DNA of 64,000 nucleotides from assembly GCA_963817525.1 (NCBI GenBank), contig CAWFOU010000007.1, positions 608,001-672,000 on the forward strand, given 5' to 3'. Positions 28,833 to 38,592 of this stretch are shown here, piece after piece. The notes beneath the pieces were generated by a model. It saw only the letters and a program-made list of their open reading frames with translations, did no database searches and was not told where the DNA came from. The position numbers were made by a program, and so were the translations under genes. The stretch comes from an uncultured archaeon. Its GTDB lineage: Archaea > Thermoproteota > Nitrososphaeria > Nitrososphaerales > Gagatemarchaeaceae. Numbering within the stretch: the stretch's first letter is position 1; every line of letters starts with the position of its first letter.

Positions 28833-30130
28833 CGTTGAAGTACGTCGCGGAGATCAGAGACCCCATCCACGGCTACATCAAGATCACGGACGAGGAGAGG
28901 GAACTCATCGACTCTGCGTTCGTCCAACGCCTCCGCAGGATTCACCAGCTCGCCGGCGCGTATCTGGTCTATCCTGGCGGGGTGCACAGTAGGTTCGAGC
29001 ACGTCATCGGGACCATGCACGTGGCTGGCCTCGTAGGTCAGTCTGTCGCCGACAAGGCAGGGCTGAGCGACGAGGACATCCAGGAGCTCAGGATAGCCGG
29101 CCTCCTCCACGACGTGGGGCACGGGCCGTTCTCCCACCTCTTCGAGGAGGTACTCACAGAGAAGACAGACCTGACGCACGAGGATCTGTCCCAGAGGATA
29201 GTGTCGGAATCCGTCATAGGGGACATACTCAAGCGCAACGGGCACCGGCCCTCGAAGATATCGAAGCTCTGCGTGGGCAAGGCGAAGGCGCAGCCGTTCA
29301 TGAACCAGGTCATCGCGGGAGGGCTCAGCGCCGACATGATGGACTACCTGCTGAGAGACACCTACTTCACGGGGGTCGAGTACGGTAAGGTGGACATACA
29401 ACGGGTGATAGATTCGCTCGACGTCAGCGCGGACGGGCACCTGATGCTCGAAAGGGCGGCTCTCTACGCGTTCGAGGCCCTCCTGATTGCCAGGTACGAG
29501 ATGTTCAAGGCCGTGTACTTCCACCGGACAGTGAGGGCTGCCGAGCTCATGCTCGCCCACTCGATGACCCTCGCGGACAACAAGCTGCACCTTACGGACC
29601 TCTCAAGCATCGAGAAGATTCTCAGGCTCACTGACGAGGTGGTCCTCCAGCAGCTGGCAGACCTGGAGCCCGGCACGCCGGAGCTGGAGATGGCGCAGAG
29701 GCTCGCCGCCGGCTACATGCAGAGACGGCTGGTGAAGTGTGTCTTCGAGAAGGTGGTGCAGAGGAAGGACAGGACCATCCAGCGGATATTCAGCAAGAAG
29801 AGATTCAGGGACGAGCTGGCGACCGACATCGCGCAGAGCGCCCGCGTCAAGCCGTCGGACATCTACATCGACGTGCCTAACACCCCGTCCGTGCCGTACA
29901 CCTACGAGCGGCAGGCTTTCCGTTCGATAACCCTCTTCTCAAACGACGCGTTAGGCGGCAAGAGGAGGACGGAGACCGTCCCCACGGGCGAGCTCCCTCT
30001 CGTCGGGTCGATCACTGGCTTCATGGACATACTGAGGATCTACACCTTCCCCGAACAGAGGAGCAAGGTCGTCACCGCGGTTGAGGCCATGTTCGGCAAG
30101 GAAGACTTCATGTCGAGGATTTCGATATGA
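28829..30130 (+). CDS. HD-domain phosphohydrolase (SAMHD1/dNTPase-like)
   Basis: RDPIHG, QRLRRIHQL, HSRFEH, LLHDVGHGPFSH, DMMDYLLRD. Confidence 0.92.
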   Translation: MTLKYVAEIRDPIHGYIKITDEERELIDSAFVQRLRRIHQLAGAYLVYPGGVHSRFEHVIGTMHVAGLVGQSVADKAGLSDEDIQELRIAGLLHDVGHGPFSHLFEEVLTEKTDLTHEDLSQRIVSESVIGDILKRNGHRPSKISKLCVGKAKAQPFMNQVIAGGLSADMMDYLLRDTYFTGVEYGKVDIQRVIDSLDVSADGHLMLERAALYAFEALLIARYEMFKAVYFHRTVRAAELMLAHSMTLADNKLHLTDLSSIEKILRLTDEVVLQQLADLEPGTPELEMAQRLAAGYMQRRLVKCVFEKVVQRKDRTIQRIFSKKRFRDELATDIAQSARVKPSDIYIDVPNTPSVPYTYERQAFRSITLFSNDALGGKRRTETVPTGELPLVGSITGFMDILRIYTFPEQRSKVVTAVEAMFGKEDFMSRISI

Positions 30131-30171
30131 CGCGCCATCTGTCCTGAAATAGAGTCTCGACCTAACACCTT

Positions 30172-32076
30172 GTGCTCCCAGAGGAGATCTTCCCTTACCC
30201 CTCCTTCCGGCAAGGACAGAAGGAGCTAGCCCAGTCCGTCCGTCTCGCCTGCAAGAACGGGCAGAGTTTCGTCGCCGAGGCGATGAGCGGGTTCGGGAAG
30301 ACGGCAGCCGTCCTTGCCGGGGTCATATCCGCAGCAGAAGACGACGACCTCCAGGTAATCTACGTCTGCCGCACCAAGAGGCAGGTCTTCCGGGTGCTGG
30401 AGGAGCTCAACCGATTCGCCAAAACGGTCCCCCTGAGGACGACCAGCCTCTTCTCAAAATACGACTACTGCCTGCTCAGGAGGACGAGCTTCGGGGTGTC
30501 TCCCGAGACCTTCAAGTGGTATTGCAGCTTCCAGACCTCCAACAACCTCTGCAGCTACTTCATGAACGTCGCCTTCAACCGCGACAAGATTGAGGAGCTC
30601 GTGGAGGCCCAGACCAGCCTGGCAGGCTCCATCTCGGAGCTCGTCAAGAAGGGGACAGAGTTGCACGTCTGCCCGTACGAGGTCGGGCGGCTGTCGCTGA
30701 CGCGCTCGAAAATCATTGTGACGACCTACCACTACCTGCTCGACCTCGACTCCAGATCAATCCTCGTCACAGGCGAAAGACCTCTCGACAAGATCGTCGC
30801 GGTGATCGACGAGGCCCACAACGTCAGAGAGTTCCTCTCGGGAAACTCCACCACGACGCTGTCGCTCTCGGACATCAGGGACTGCGTCAGAGACTCCCGG
30901 AGCCTGTTCTTGCCGCGGATCGCGTCTGCGATAGCCGAGATCGGAGACAGGGTGGCGCAGCTCTGCACCAATAGCGACGCCTGGCTCCTCGGCAAGCGGT
31001 CGTTCGTCACCTCCATCACGGGTGGCCACCCGAAGGACTGGCTCTCCGACCTGGTCTTCGAGCTGTCGACGAACTCGGCCGTCGCGTGGTATTCGGTGGC
31101 GACCCAAAGGAACCTGCCCGTCTCTATCATCAAGCTCGGCAATTTCTTGAGCGCACTCCTCACCGCGCTCGACTCTGAGGAAATGGCGCTGGTCAAGTCC
31201 GACTCGTCGCTCTTCTTGACCGACACACGCCCCGCGAAGAGGTTCGCCGCGGCCACAGCGGGGCTCAGGAGCGTAATCCTACTCTCCGCTACCATCAACC
31301 CCCCGAGCCTGTTCCTCCGCTCCATAGGCCTCGACGAGAGTTCCACCGTCGTCCACAGCGCGACCACCGGGTACAAGTTCAGGATAAGGACGGTCATCGA
31401 CGAAGGCGTCACCACGCGGTTCAAGATGAGGAACGCCGACATGTACTCGAAAATCTCGGATAGGCTCTCGGCCGTCTGCAGTTCGGTCGAGGGAGGCGTC
31501 GGCATATTCCTTCCCTCGTATGCGATCCTCGTGTCGGTAGCCGGCTCGCTGGGCGCGCAGGCAGGGCGCCCGTCGCCGACGGGCCCAGGGAGAACCCTCC
31601 TCGTCGAGAAGCCGGGGCTGACCAATGAAGAGTCTGAGGAGATGATGGGCGCCTTCAAGTCGAGACGCGGTTGCGTCCTCTTGGCGGTCCAGGGCGGACG
31701 GTTCTCCGAGGGAGAGGACTTCCCAGGGGACGAGATGGCCGTGTCTGTGGTCGTGGGTCTGGCGCTTCCTCCCCCATCGCCCACGACGTTCGCCGAGTAC
31801 AAACAGATGGAAGCCGACCGCTTCGACAAGCACCAGTCTTACATGGTGCTCTCGCTGCTTCCCGCTCTGAGGAAGGCGTTCCAGTGCGCAGGACGGCACG
31901 TCCGACAGCCCGGGAAGGTGGGGATGGTCGTCTTCATGGACTCACGGTTCGCAGAGCAAAAGATAATCGATCTGATGCCCTCGTGGCTGAGGGAGGACCT
32001 CCTCAAGGGGGACTTTGGGCCCGACTCTATAGCCTCGCTCAGCCGCGACTTCTTCTCGGAGGCGCGGGCTCGCTGA
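30172..32076 (+). CDS. XPD/Rad3-family Fe-S helicase
   Basis: FPY..R.GQ, SGFGKT, four Cys incl. CPY, DEAHN, SAT, SEGEDF, QCAGRHVR. Confidence 0.9.
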   Translation: MLPEEIFPYPSFRQGQKELAQSVRLACKNGQSFVAEAMSGFGKTAAVLAGVISAAEDDDLQVIYVCRTKRQVFRVLEELNRFAKTVPLRTTSLFSKYDYCLLRRTSFGVSPETFKWYCSFQTSNNLCSYFMNVAFNRDKIEELVEAQTSLAGSISELVKKGTELHVCPYEVGRLSLTRSKIIVTTYHYLLDLDSRSILVTGERPLDKIVAVIDEAHNVREFLSGNSTTTLSLSDIRDCVRDSRSLFLPRIASAIAEIGDRVAQLCTNSDAWLLGKRSFVTSITGGHPKDWLSDLVFELSTNSAVAWYSVATQRNLPVSIIKLGNFLSALLTALDSEEMALVKSDSSLFLTDTRPAKRFAAATAGLRSVILLSATINPPSLFLRSIGLDESSTVVHSATTGYKFRIRTVIDEGVTTRFKMRNADMYSKISDRLSAVCSSVEGGVGIFLPSYAILVSVAGSLGAQAGRPSPTGPGRTLLVEKPGLTNEESEEMMGAFKSRRGCVLLAVQGGRFSEGEDFPGDEMAVSVVVGLALPPPSPTTFAEYKQMEADRFDKHQSYMVLSLLPALRKAFQCAGRHVRQPGKVGMVVFMDSRFAEQKIIDLMPSWLREDLLKGDFGPDSIASLSRDFFSEARAR

Positions 32077-32704
32077 ACTGCACCCCCTTTCGGAAGGCGA
32101 TCTTGGAGGCCGCCCTCTGGTCCTTGGTGGCTCCGACGGCCCCACGCTTACCCCCCGACGTCCCTGACTCGTCGACGATCTCCACGGAGGCGGACGGAGG
32201 CAGCCTTTCGCGCAGAAGCTGGGCCAGCCTCAAGGATGTCTTCGGTTCGCCGCCGCCGATTTTGACGGACACTGAGGAGTGAGACACCCCCTCCACCAGC
32301 GAGACCAAAGAGTTCACCGACCTCTCCACAGAGTTTGAGGCGATGGCGCCGAGCTCTCTTCCACCATAGAACATCGCGACCCCTATCGTGGAGCCTGGGT
32401 CGATTCCAATCAGGATGTCCCTCCTTGACTCGTCTAACAGCCTCGAGAGGACCTGACCCTCCATTGTCATCGGGTCCTGACTCAGGTCCTCTATCGCCAC
32501 CACGTTCTCCCCAAATGCAGAGGCCTCCACCCTGCTTGTAATCACCAAGTCCCTGGCCGGGTCCACCGCCTGCCCAGGCGTGACGCTGACGAACCCAAGG
32601 TGCGTCTTCTTGAGGCGGGAGACGATGTCGTAGTAGGAGTTCCCGTCGTCGGTCGCGACCTTAATAATCCTCATGACAAGTTCGTCGATTCGAAAAGGCC
32701 TCAC
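32039..32704 (-). CDS. RNase H-fold (YqgF/RuvC-like) conserved archaeal protein
   Basis: ILIGIDPG..IGVA, VEIVDESGTS, DQRAA..IA. Confidence 0.7.
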   Translation of the reverse strand: MRPFRIDELVMRIIKVATDDGNSYYDIVSRLKKTHLGFVSVTPGQAVDPARDLVITSRVEASAFGENVVAIEDLSQDPMTMEGQVLSRLLDESRRDILIGIDPGSTIGVAMFYGGRELGAIASNSVERSVNSLVSLVEGVSHSSVSVKIGGGEPKTSLRLAQLLRERLPPSASVEIVDESGTSGGKRGAVGATKDQRAASKIAFRKGVQFSEPAPPRRSRG

Positions 32705-32710
32705 GAGTTT

Positions 32711-33295
32711 ATGAGCATTCCCACAAAGGAACAGGCGGGCAGATTCCTCGCCCCTCTCAAGGGGAACCTCGCGATCGTCTTGTTACACGAGATCCAAGTG
32801 AAGGCGCGGCTGAGCAGTTTCCTTCTGCGATGCGCCGGCCTGCAGTCCTTGGACACGACGATTCTAGACGCGGATGCCTTCTATTGCACTAACATGGAGC
32901 GGTTCGCCGGCGACGCCCAATCGGTGGACGGCAAGGTGCTGCTCCTGCCCGAAAGGGACTTCGAGGTGAGCTCGCTGTTGCCCCTGCTGTCCTCGGGCAG
33001 GCGACTGCTCCTCATCGACGACCTGAACTCCCTCTACTCCCTGGCCTCGGACGGCCGCAGGTGGCAGCAGCTAACGATAATGATGAGGCTGCTCTCCCAC
33101 AACGCGAAGATGAACGGCTCATGGACCTTAGCCACGGCGTACAGGACAGAGCTCGAGAGCGGGCAGACCGGGACGAACCAGAGGTCACTGACGGCTCTCG
33201 GCGACCTCGTCATCGACACTCGCTCGGAGGCGGGTTCGTTCAAGCTCAAACCGAACACGAAGGGCCTCTGGCAGGGCGGCGAGTTCGACCTCTGA
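32711..33295 (+). CDS. Degenerate RecA/RadA-fold protein
   Basis: ILDADAFY and LLLIDDLNSLY (Walker B-like); no Walker A. Confidence 0.6.
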   Translation: MSIPTKEQAGRFLAPLKGNLAIVLLHEIQVKARLSSFLLRCAGLQSLDTTILDADAFYCTNMERFAGDAQSVDGKVLLLPERDFEVSSLLPLLSSGRRLLLIDDLNSLYSLASDGRRWQQLTIMMRLLSHNAKMNGSWTLATAYRTELESGQTGTNQRSLTALGDLVIDTRSEAGSFKLKPNTKGLWQGGEFDL

Positions 33296-33299
33296 GCGT

Positions 33300-33764
33300 C
33301 TACTTGGAGAAGAACACGTACATCTCGATGTAGACCGCGATGGCCATCATTATCAGCCCGAGCGTCAGATAGAAGGGGACCATCCTAGGCTTGACCGTCT
33401 GCCTCCCGCTCAGGTAGGAGAGGTAGAAGCCGCCGAACCCGAGGAACGCGGCCATGCAGTAGATGACCATCTCTGGAATCGACTCTCCGTTGGCGGAGGG
33501 GTAGATGATGTACGACTGGGGAACCGGCGCGGCCAGGGCGCTTACGATGCCCGCGGACATGACGACGATGCCGAAGATGTACAGGACTTCGACGAGGTTG
33601 TTCCTTACGGTGGTCGAGACGCCGCTGCGCCCGACGACCTTCCCAACCCGCTCCTCTACTCCCGAGACGCGAGACTCTAGCCACTGTCTAATCACGCCGA
33701 AACCCTCTCTAGCCCGCCGCCCAGCATTTCCATTGCCCTTAACTCTTTTCCAAGGCAGGATCAT
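33300..33764 (-). CDS. Small 3-TM membrane protein
   Basis: Three hydrophobic segments. Confidence 0.6.
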   Translation of the reverse strand: MILPWKRVKGNGNAGRRAREGFGVIRQWLESRVSGVEERVGKVVGRSGVSTTVRNNLVEVLYIFGIVVMSAGIVSALAAPVPQSYIIYPSANGESIPEMVIYCMAAFLGFGGFYLSYLSGRQTVKPRMVPFYLTLGLIMMAIAVYIEMYVFFSK

Positions 33765-35904
33765 GCCGCCCCTTGCCTTTTCTTTGCAAATCTTGCATCG
33801 CGTAAACGTTCACCTTACGGGGGCAGCGGTCGTTGACGCACAGTCTCCATGGGCGCCTCCCCATCCTGACGTAGACCACGGGCCAGCCGCAGCTGGCGCA
33901 GGGGTTCGAGGCCGCCTTGATGGTCCCGCGCTGAGGAAGAGGCGCTGACGCCCTGCACCCCTTCGGGTAGTTCGAGCAGCCCACGAACCTCTTCCCTGAC
34001 GCACGGGAGCGGACCACCCACAGCTTCCCTTCCTTGCATGCCGGGCAGCTCCCCAAGACCATCTGCCCTGGGGCCGTCTCGGGGACCGAACTTCCCATCC
34101 TCCCAGCGATCTCGGACTCGTGCGACCTGACCTCGGCGAGCTGGGCCAAGAGCGTCGACAGCGTGCCCTCAAAGGACTCCCATTCCGGCTCGCCCGACTC
34201 CGCGACCCTCTCGAGCTGGGCTTCTATCTCCCGCGTCAGGCGGGTGGAGATTATCTGCGGGCAGTGTTCGCGCATCACCTCGACCAGAGCGAATCCCAGC
34301 TCGGTGGGCGTGAGCGTCTCCCCGACGACGTACCCCCTGCCCAGGAGCGTCGAGATGGTGTCAGCGCGAGTCGCCTTGGTGCCGATCTCCTCCCTCTCCA
34401 TCCTCTCCAAGAGCGTGGCCTGGTTGTATCGGGCAGGGCGAGCCCTCAGGTGTTCTTCTACCACGACCTCCTTCACGTCGACTCGGTCGCCCTCCCGGAG
34501 CGCGGCGGCAACGACCGGGGGCACTTCGCCGGTCCGCCCCTCTACCAGTCGCGTCCACCCGGGTACCAGTATTCTGACCTCCTCCTCCTCGAACTTGTGC
34601 GCGCCGACGGAGACCTCTACGGTGCTCACCTGCCGGACGGCGTCCTCCCCGAAGCAAGAGAGGAATCGCCGCAGGATCAAGTCGAACACGCTCCTCTCCT
34701 CGGGCGCCAGCGGCCTCCTGCCGGGCTCGCCCGTCGGGTAGATTGCGGGGTGAGCGGGGTCGACTCCCGGCCCCTCGGAGGGGCGGAGATTCCCGTGCGA
34801 GACGACCTCCACGAGGCCCGCGTATCCCGGAATCGCCGCTATCCTCGAGAGGAGCCTCTCAAAATCGAGCCTCGGCAGCCTTTGGCTCCCCGTGCGCGGG
34901 TAAGAGATCATCGCACCGAGGTAAAGCCTCTCGGCGACCTGCAGGGTCTTGCTCGGCGCGTAGCCGAGCACGCGGTAGGCCTCTTTCTGGAGGTCTGCTA
35001 GGTTGAACGGCGGAGGAGGCTGTTGGCTGAACGTCCTTCGTGCGACGCCGGATACGAGCCCCTCGCGCCCTTCGCAGGCTGCTTTGACCTCCCCGGCGGC
35101 GTGCCTAGTCGGCACTGTTGGCGTCGAGGAATACTTGGCTTTGAAGGCCATTTCGCCCTTGCCGAATGTCCCCTCCACCGTCCAATAGGGAGTGGGCACG
35201 AACGTCCCGACGTCAATCTCCTTCTCGACGACGAAGTTCAGCGTAGGCCCTTGCACGCGGCCGATGCTCACGGTCCTATACCCGTGGCCCTTCCTCATGG
35301 ACTCGGAGAGGGCCCGCGAGAGGTTGACGCCCCAGAGGAAATCGATGGCGTGCCTCAGCCTCCCAGCCCTGGCGAGCCCGTCGGCGGGGCGCAGCCTTTC
35401 ATCCTGAAAGGCGCCCACGACCTCCTCCTTTGTCAGCGCCGAGAACCTGGCCCGCAGCGCCGAGGCCTCCTTCCCACCAGCCGCGTATCTCAGCACGTTG
35501 AAGCCTATTGTCTCTCCCTCGATGTCGAAGTCGCACGCGTTGATGAAGGCGGTTGCTCCTTCGGAGAGGCTTCGGATCGCTCGAATACGACTAGAGACCT
35601 GCTTCCCCCTCCTGTCGCGGGAGGATTCGAGAGGGAACCACTCCAGGTCGAGCACCGGGTAGACCCTCCTGTCCTTCACGGTGTCAGACATCCCGTAGAG
35701 GTGCCCAGTGGCGGCGCAGACGACGTACCTCCTCCCGTGCGCGTCCCCGAGCCGGAAGGCCTGGACGCCTCCTACCTTGAATGCCTCCAGTGCCCCCGAG
35801 GAGAGGGCCTCTGCGACCCTCCTCGCCGCGTCGGGCTTTTCGCAGACCACTAGGGTGTAGCCCGAGAGCCTGGGCGGCCTCTGCTGGGTGGGATGGACGC
35901 TCAT
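33739..35904 (-). CDS. topA: DNA topoisomerase IA
   Basis: CEKP, GHL, DFDIEGE, GRVQGPTL, ISYPRT, AHPAIYPT, GTKATR, C-terminal Zn ribbons. Confidence 0.95.
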   Translation of the reverse strand: MSVHPTQQRPPRLSGYTLVVCEKPDAARRVAEALSSGALEAFKVGGVQAFRLGDAHGRRYVVCAATGHLYGMSDTVKDRRVYPVLDLEWFPLESSRDRRGKQVSSRIRAIRSLSEGATAFINACDFDIEGETIGFNVLRYAAGGKEASALRARFSALTKEEVVGAFQDERLRPADGLARAGRLRHAIDFLWGVNLSRALSESMRKGHGYRTVSIGRVQGPTLNFVVEKEIDVGTFVPTPYWTVEGTFGKGEMAFKAKYSSTPTVPTRHAAGEVKAACEGREGLVSGVARRTFSQQPPPPFNLADLQKEAYRVLGYAPSKTLQVAERLYLGAMISYPRTGSQRLPRLDFERLLSRIAAIPGYAGLVEVVSHGNLRPSEGPGVDPAHPAIYPTGEPGRRPLAPEERSVFDLILRRFLSCFGEDAVRQVSTVEVSVGAHKFEEEEVRILVPGWTRLVEGRTGEVPPVVAAALREGDRVDVKEVVVEEHLRARPARYNQATLLERMEREEIGTKATRADTISTLLGRGYVVGETLTPTELGFALVEVMREHCPQIISTRLTREIEAQLERVAESGEPEWESFEGTLSTLLAQLAEVRSHESEIAGRMGSSVPETAPGQMVLGSCPACKEGKLWVVRSRASGKRFVGCSNYPKGCRASAPLPQRGTIKAASNPCASCGWPVVYVRMGRRPWRLCVNDRCPRKVNVYAMQDLQRKGKGRHDPALEKS

Positions 35905-35941
35905 TGTAATCCTTTTAAGAGGAACGGCGGAACTTCCACGC

Positions 35942-36118
35942 GTGACCTATGAACTCGTATGTTCCAAATGCGGGTACGCAATCTACTCTGGATTCGATCT
36001 GAGGTCCCCCAACGACATCCTGAAGCCTTCGGGATACAGGTGCAAGAAGTGCGGCGCGAAGCTGTCTCCCGACAACTTCAAGGTCGAAGTCATGAAACTC
36101 GAAGGAAGATTCACCTAG
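35942..36118 (+). CDS. Small Zn-ribbon protein
   Basis: CSKCG...CKKCG; TATA upstream. Confidence 0.7.
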   Translation: MTYELVCSKCGYAIYSGFDLRSPNDILKPSGYRCKKCGAKLSPDNFKVEVMKLEGRFT

Positions 36119-36896
36119 CGCGGTATCCAAGGCTTCTCATGTAGACGCACTGCTCAGGGTCCACCGCGAAGCTCGACATCCCGTAATCTCGGGTGGAGCG
36201 CCTATCCAGCCCCCGCACCAGGACAATCGGGACCGACTCATTGGCCTCGCCCATCACGATCTGCGCCCCAGAACATAGGTCGTCGGCTATCGCTTGGCTG
36301 GTGACCTTCAGGACGTTGCCGAAGAGGTCGGGCTTGCCTCGAAGGTCTACGATGGCCTCGACGCCCGCAGACGCAAGCGCGACCCCGACCGTCCCCTTCC
36401 TGGTGGGCATCAGCCTGCTGTCGGAGACGACGACCCCTATCTCGACGCCCCTGCGGAACCTCATCTCGTCCACCAGCCAGGTCGCGGACTCCAGGGGGTT
36501 GCGGGGGTAGAGCACGACCTTGCCGTGCTCGACGTTCGACTTGTCGATGCCTGCATTGGGGGTCAGGAGCCCCTCCTTCACGGCGAGCATGAACCCGCTG
36601 ACCCCCCCTATGACGTCGTCCGACTCCCTGATAACGAGCTCGCACAGCTCCGGCGGGATGTTGAGCCTGTTCGACTCCGACCTCGCGTGGTCAGACGGGA
36701 CGACCGTCCCGAGGTCTACCACCCGGCCCTCCGACACGGCGATGAACTTGCTCGAGACTACGAGGACGTCGCCGTCATGGAGCTCCGCGCCGACCACGTC
36801 GTCCACGAGCTCCCCCAGGTTGAAGTGAGGGCCCTTCCTCGGCGTCCTTATCGGCACAAAGGTGATCGTCACTTCAATCAAACTCCTCTTAAACAA
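36111..36896 (-). CDS. cofE: Coenzyme F420-0:L-glutamate ligase
   Basis: SSKFIAVSEGR, NAGIDKSN, DLRGKPDLFG, MGEANE. Confidence 0.9.
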   Translation of the reverse strand: MFKRSLIEVTITFVPIRTPRKGPHFNLGELVDDVVGAELHDGDVLVVSSKFIAVSEGRVVDLGTVVPSDHARSESNRLNIPPELCELVIRESDDVIGGVSGFMLAVKEGLLTPNAGIDKSNVEHGKVVLYPRNPLESATWLVDEMRFRRGVEIGVVVSDSRLMPTRKGTVGVALASAGVEAIVDLRGKPDLFGNVLKVTSQAIADDLCSGAQIVMGEANESVPIVLVRGLDRRSTRDYGMSSFAVDPEQCVYMRSLGYRAR

Positions 36897-36929
36897 GGAC
36901 GCGAGGGCCTCCTATTATACGAAGCGCGC

Positions 36930-38054
36930 ATGGCGACGACCAAAGCTAACAAACGCACCCCGCTCTATGACTTCCACCGCACCCATGGCAAGATGGTAGA
37001 ATTCGCCGGCTACGACATGCCAATCTGGTACACCAGCACGATGGAAGAGCACATGGCCGTGAGGAACCGCGCTGGGATTTTCGACGTCTCCCACATGGGC
37101 AGGGTGAACGTGACTGGCCCTGATGCGGCTGGCTTCGTGGAGAACCTCCTCCCCACGGGGATCGGAAAGCAGCCCAACGGCAAGTCCGTCTACACACTGC
37201 TACTGAACGACGACGCGGGGATAATCGACGACCTCATAGTCCTAAAGATTGAGGAAGGGAGGTATCTCCTGGTCATCAACGCGGCGAGCAGGGCGAAGGA
37301 CCTGAAGCACATGGCGGATAGCGGCAACGGCCTCAACTTCAAGCTCGACGACATCACGGAGGCCACAACCATGATCGCGGTGCAGGGGCCGCTCGCGGTC
37401 GAGGCCCTTCAGCCCTTGACCCCGCTCCCCCTCGCCGGAATGAAGAGATTCACGCACTCCGCGTCCACGGTGAAAGGGATACCGACCGTGATCACACGCA
37501 CGGGATACACGGGCGAGGACGGGTTCGAGTTGATCGTTCGCGACGCAGGCCCAGGAGCGGTCGGCGTGTGGGAGGCCCTGATGAAGGGCGCCACGCCGTG
37601 CGCGCTCGGCGCCAGAGACTCACTGAGGCTGGAGGCAGGCCTTCCTCTCTACGGCTCCGACATGGACGAGTCGACGAACCCTCTAGAGGCGGACTTGGGC
37701 TGGGTCGTCTCCAAGGACAAGCAGTCGTACGTCGGCTGGGAGAGGCTGGCTTCTCTGCTCCAGACCGGGGCCGCGAAGGTCAGGCGTGGCATAGTGATGG
37801 ACGAAAGGATCCCTCGCCACGGCTTCGAGGTCACCGACGCCGCCGGGACGGACATCGGCGTGGTCACGAGCGGGACGTTCTCCCCCGTGCTGAAGCGGGG
37901 GATTGCCATGGGATACGTCAAGACGCCCTCGCCGGATGTGGGCGAGGCGGTCAAGGTCGTGGTAAGGGACGCCCCGAGCAGCGGGAAGATAGCAAAGTTC
38001 CCGTTCTACGACGACTCGCTCTACGGATGGAAGAGGAAGCAGCACCAGCAATAG
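36930..38054 (+). CDS. gcvT: Glycine cleavage T protein
   Basis: FAGYDMP, FDVSHMG, RTGYTGEDGFE, GARDSLRLEAG. Confidence 0.95.
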   Translation: MATTKANKRTPLYDFHRTHGKMVEFAGYDMPIWYTSTMEEHMAVRNRAGIFDVSHMGRVNVTGPDAAGFVENLLPTGIGKQPNGKSVYTLLLNDDAGIIDDLIVLKIEEGRYLLVINAASRAKDLKHMADSGNGLNFKLDDITEATTMIAVQGPLAVEALQPLTPLPLAGMKRFTHSASTVKGIPTVITRTGYTGEDGFELIVRDAGPGAVGVWEALMKGATPCALGARDSLRLEAGLPLYGSDMDESTNPLEADLGWVVSKDKQSYVGWERLASLLQTGAAKVRRGIVMDERIPRHGFEVTDAAGTDIGVVTSGTFSPVLKRGIAMGYVKTPSPDVGEAVKVVVRDAPSSGKIAKFPFYDDSLYGWKRKQHQQ

Positions 38055-38084
38055 TAAATAGATTGCCTAGATGACCCCGAGTGT

Positions 38085-38495
38085 TTGAGCAATCTCTCGC
38101 CATACAAGGTCCCTGATGAGCTGTTCTATACCAAGGAGCACGAGTGGGCAAGGGTCACGGGCGGGACTGCGCGGGTCGGGATAACCGACTACGCCGCGAA
38201 GACCCTGAACGACATAGTCTACCTCACCCTGCCGTTGGTGGGTAAGGAGATTAAGCAGCTCACCTCTTTCGGGACCGTCGAGTCGATCAAGGCCGTCTCA
38301 GAGCTGTACGCGCCGCTCTCTGGCACGGTGACGGGGACCAACCAAGAGCTCACCAACCACCCTGAACTGATCAACCAGTCGCCATACGACGCAGGATGGA
38401 TCATCGAGCTCAAGCACTCCAAGCTAGAGGAGGAGGAGAAGACCCTGCTGTCGCCCCGACAATACCAAGAGTTCCTAAAGTCTCTAGAGGCCTAA
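38085..38495 (+). CDS. gcvH: Glycine cleavage H protein
   Basis: HEW, GITDYA, VESIKA lipoyl site, PYDAGW. Confidence 0.95.
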   Translation: MSNLSPYKVPDELFYTKEHEWARVTGGTARVGITDYAAKTLNDIVYLTLPLVGKEIKQLTSFGTVESIKAVSELYAPLSGTVTGTNQELTNHPELINQSPYDAGWIIELKHSKLEEEEKTLLSPRQYQEFLKSLEA

Positions 38496-38592
38496 CAACA
38501 AGGCTACCTCCGCGGCTAGGGGCGCCCACGCGCAAAAATCAGCGACCTCATCGAAAAACTCTTAAATGGTCCGAAGTCGCTGACGCCCAAGT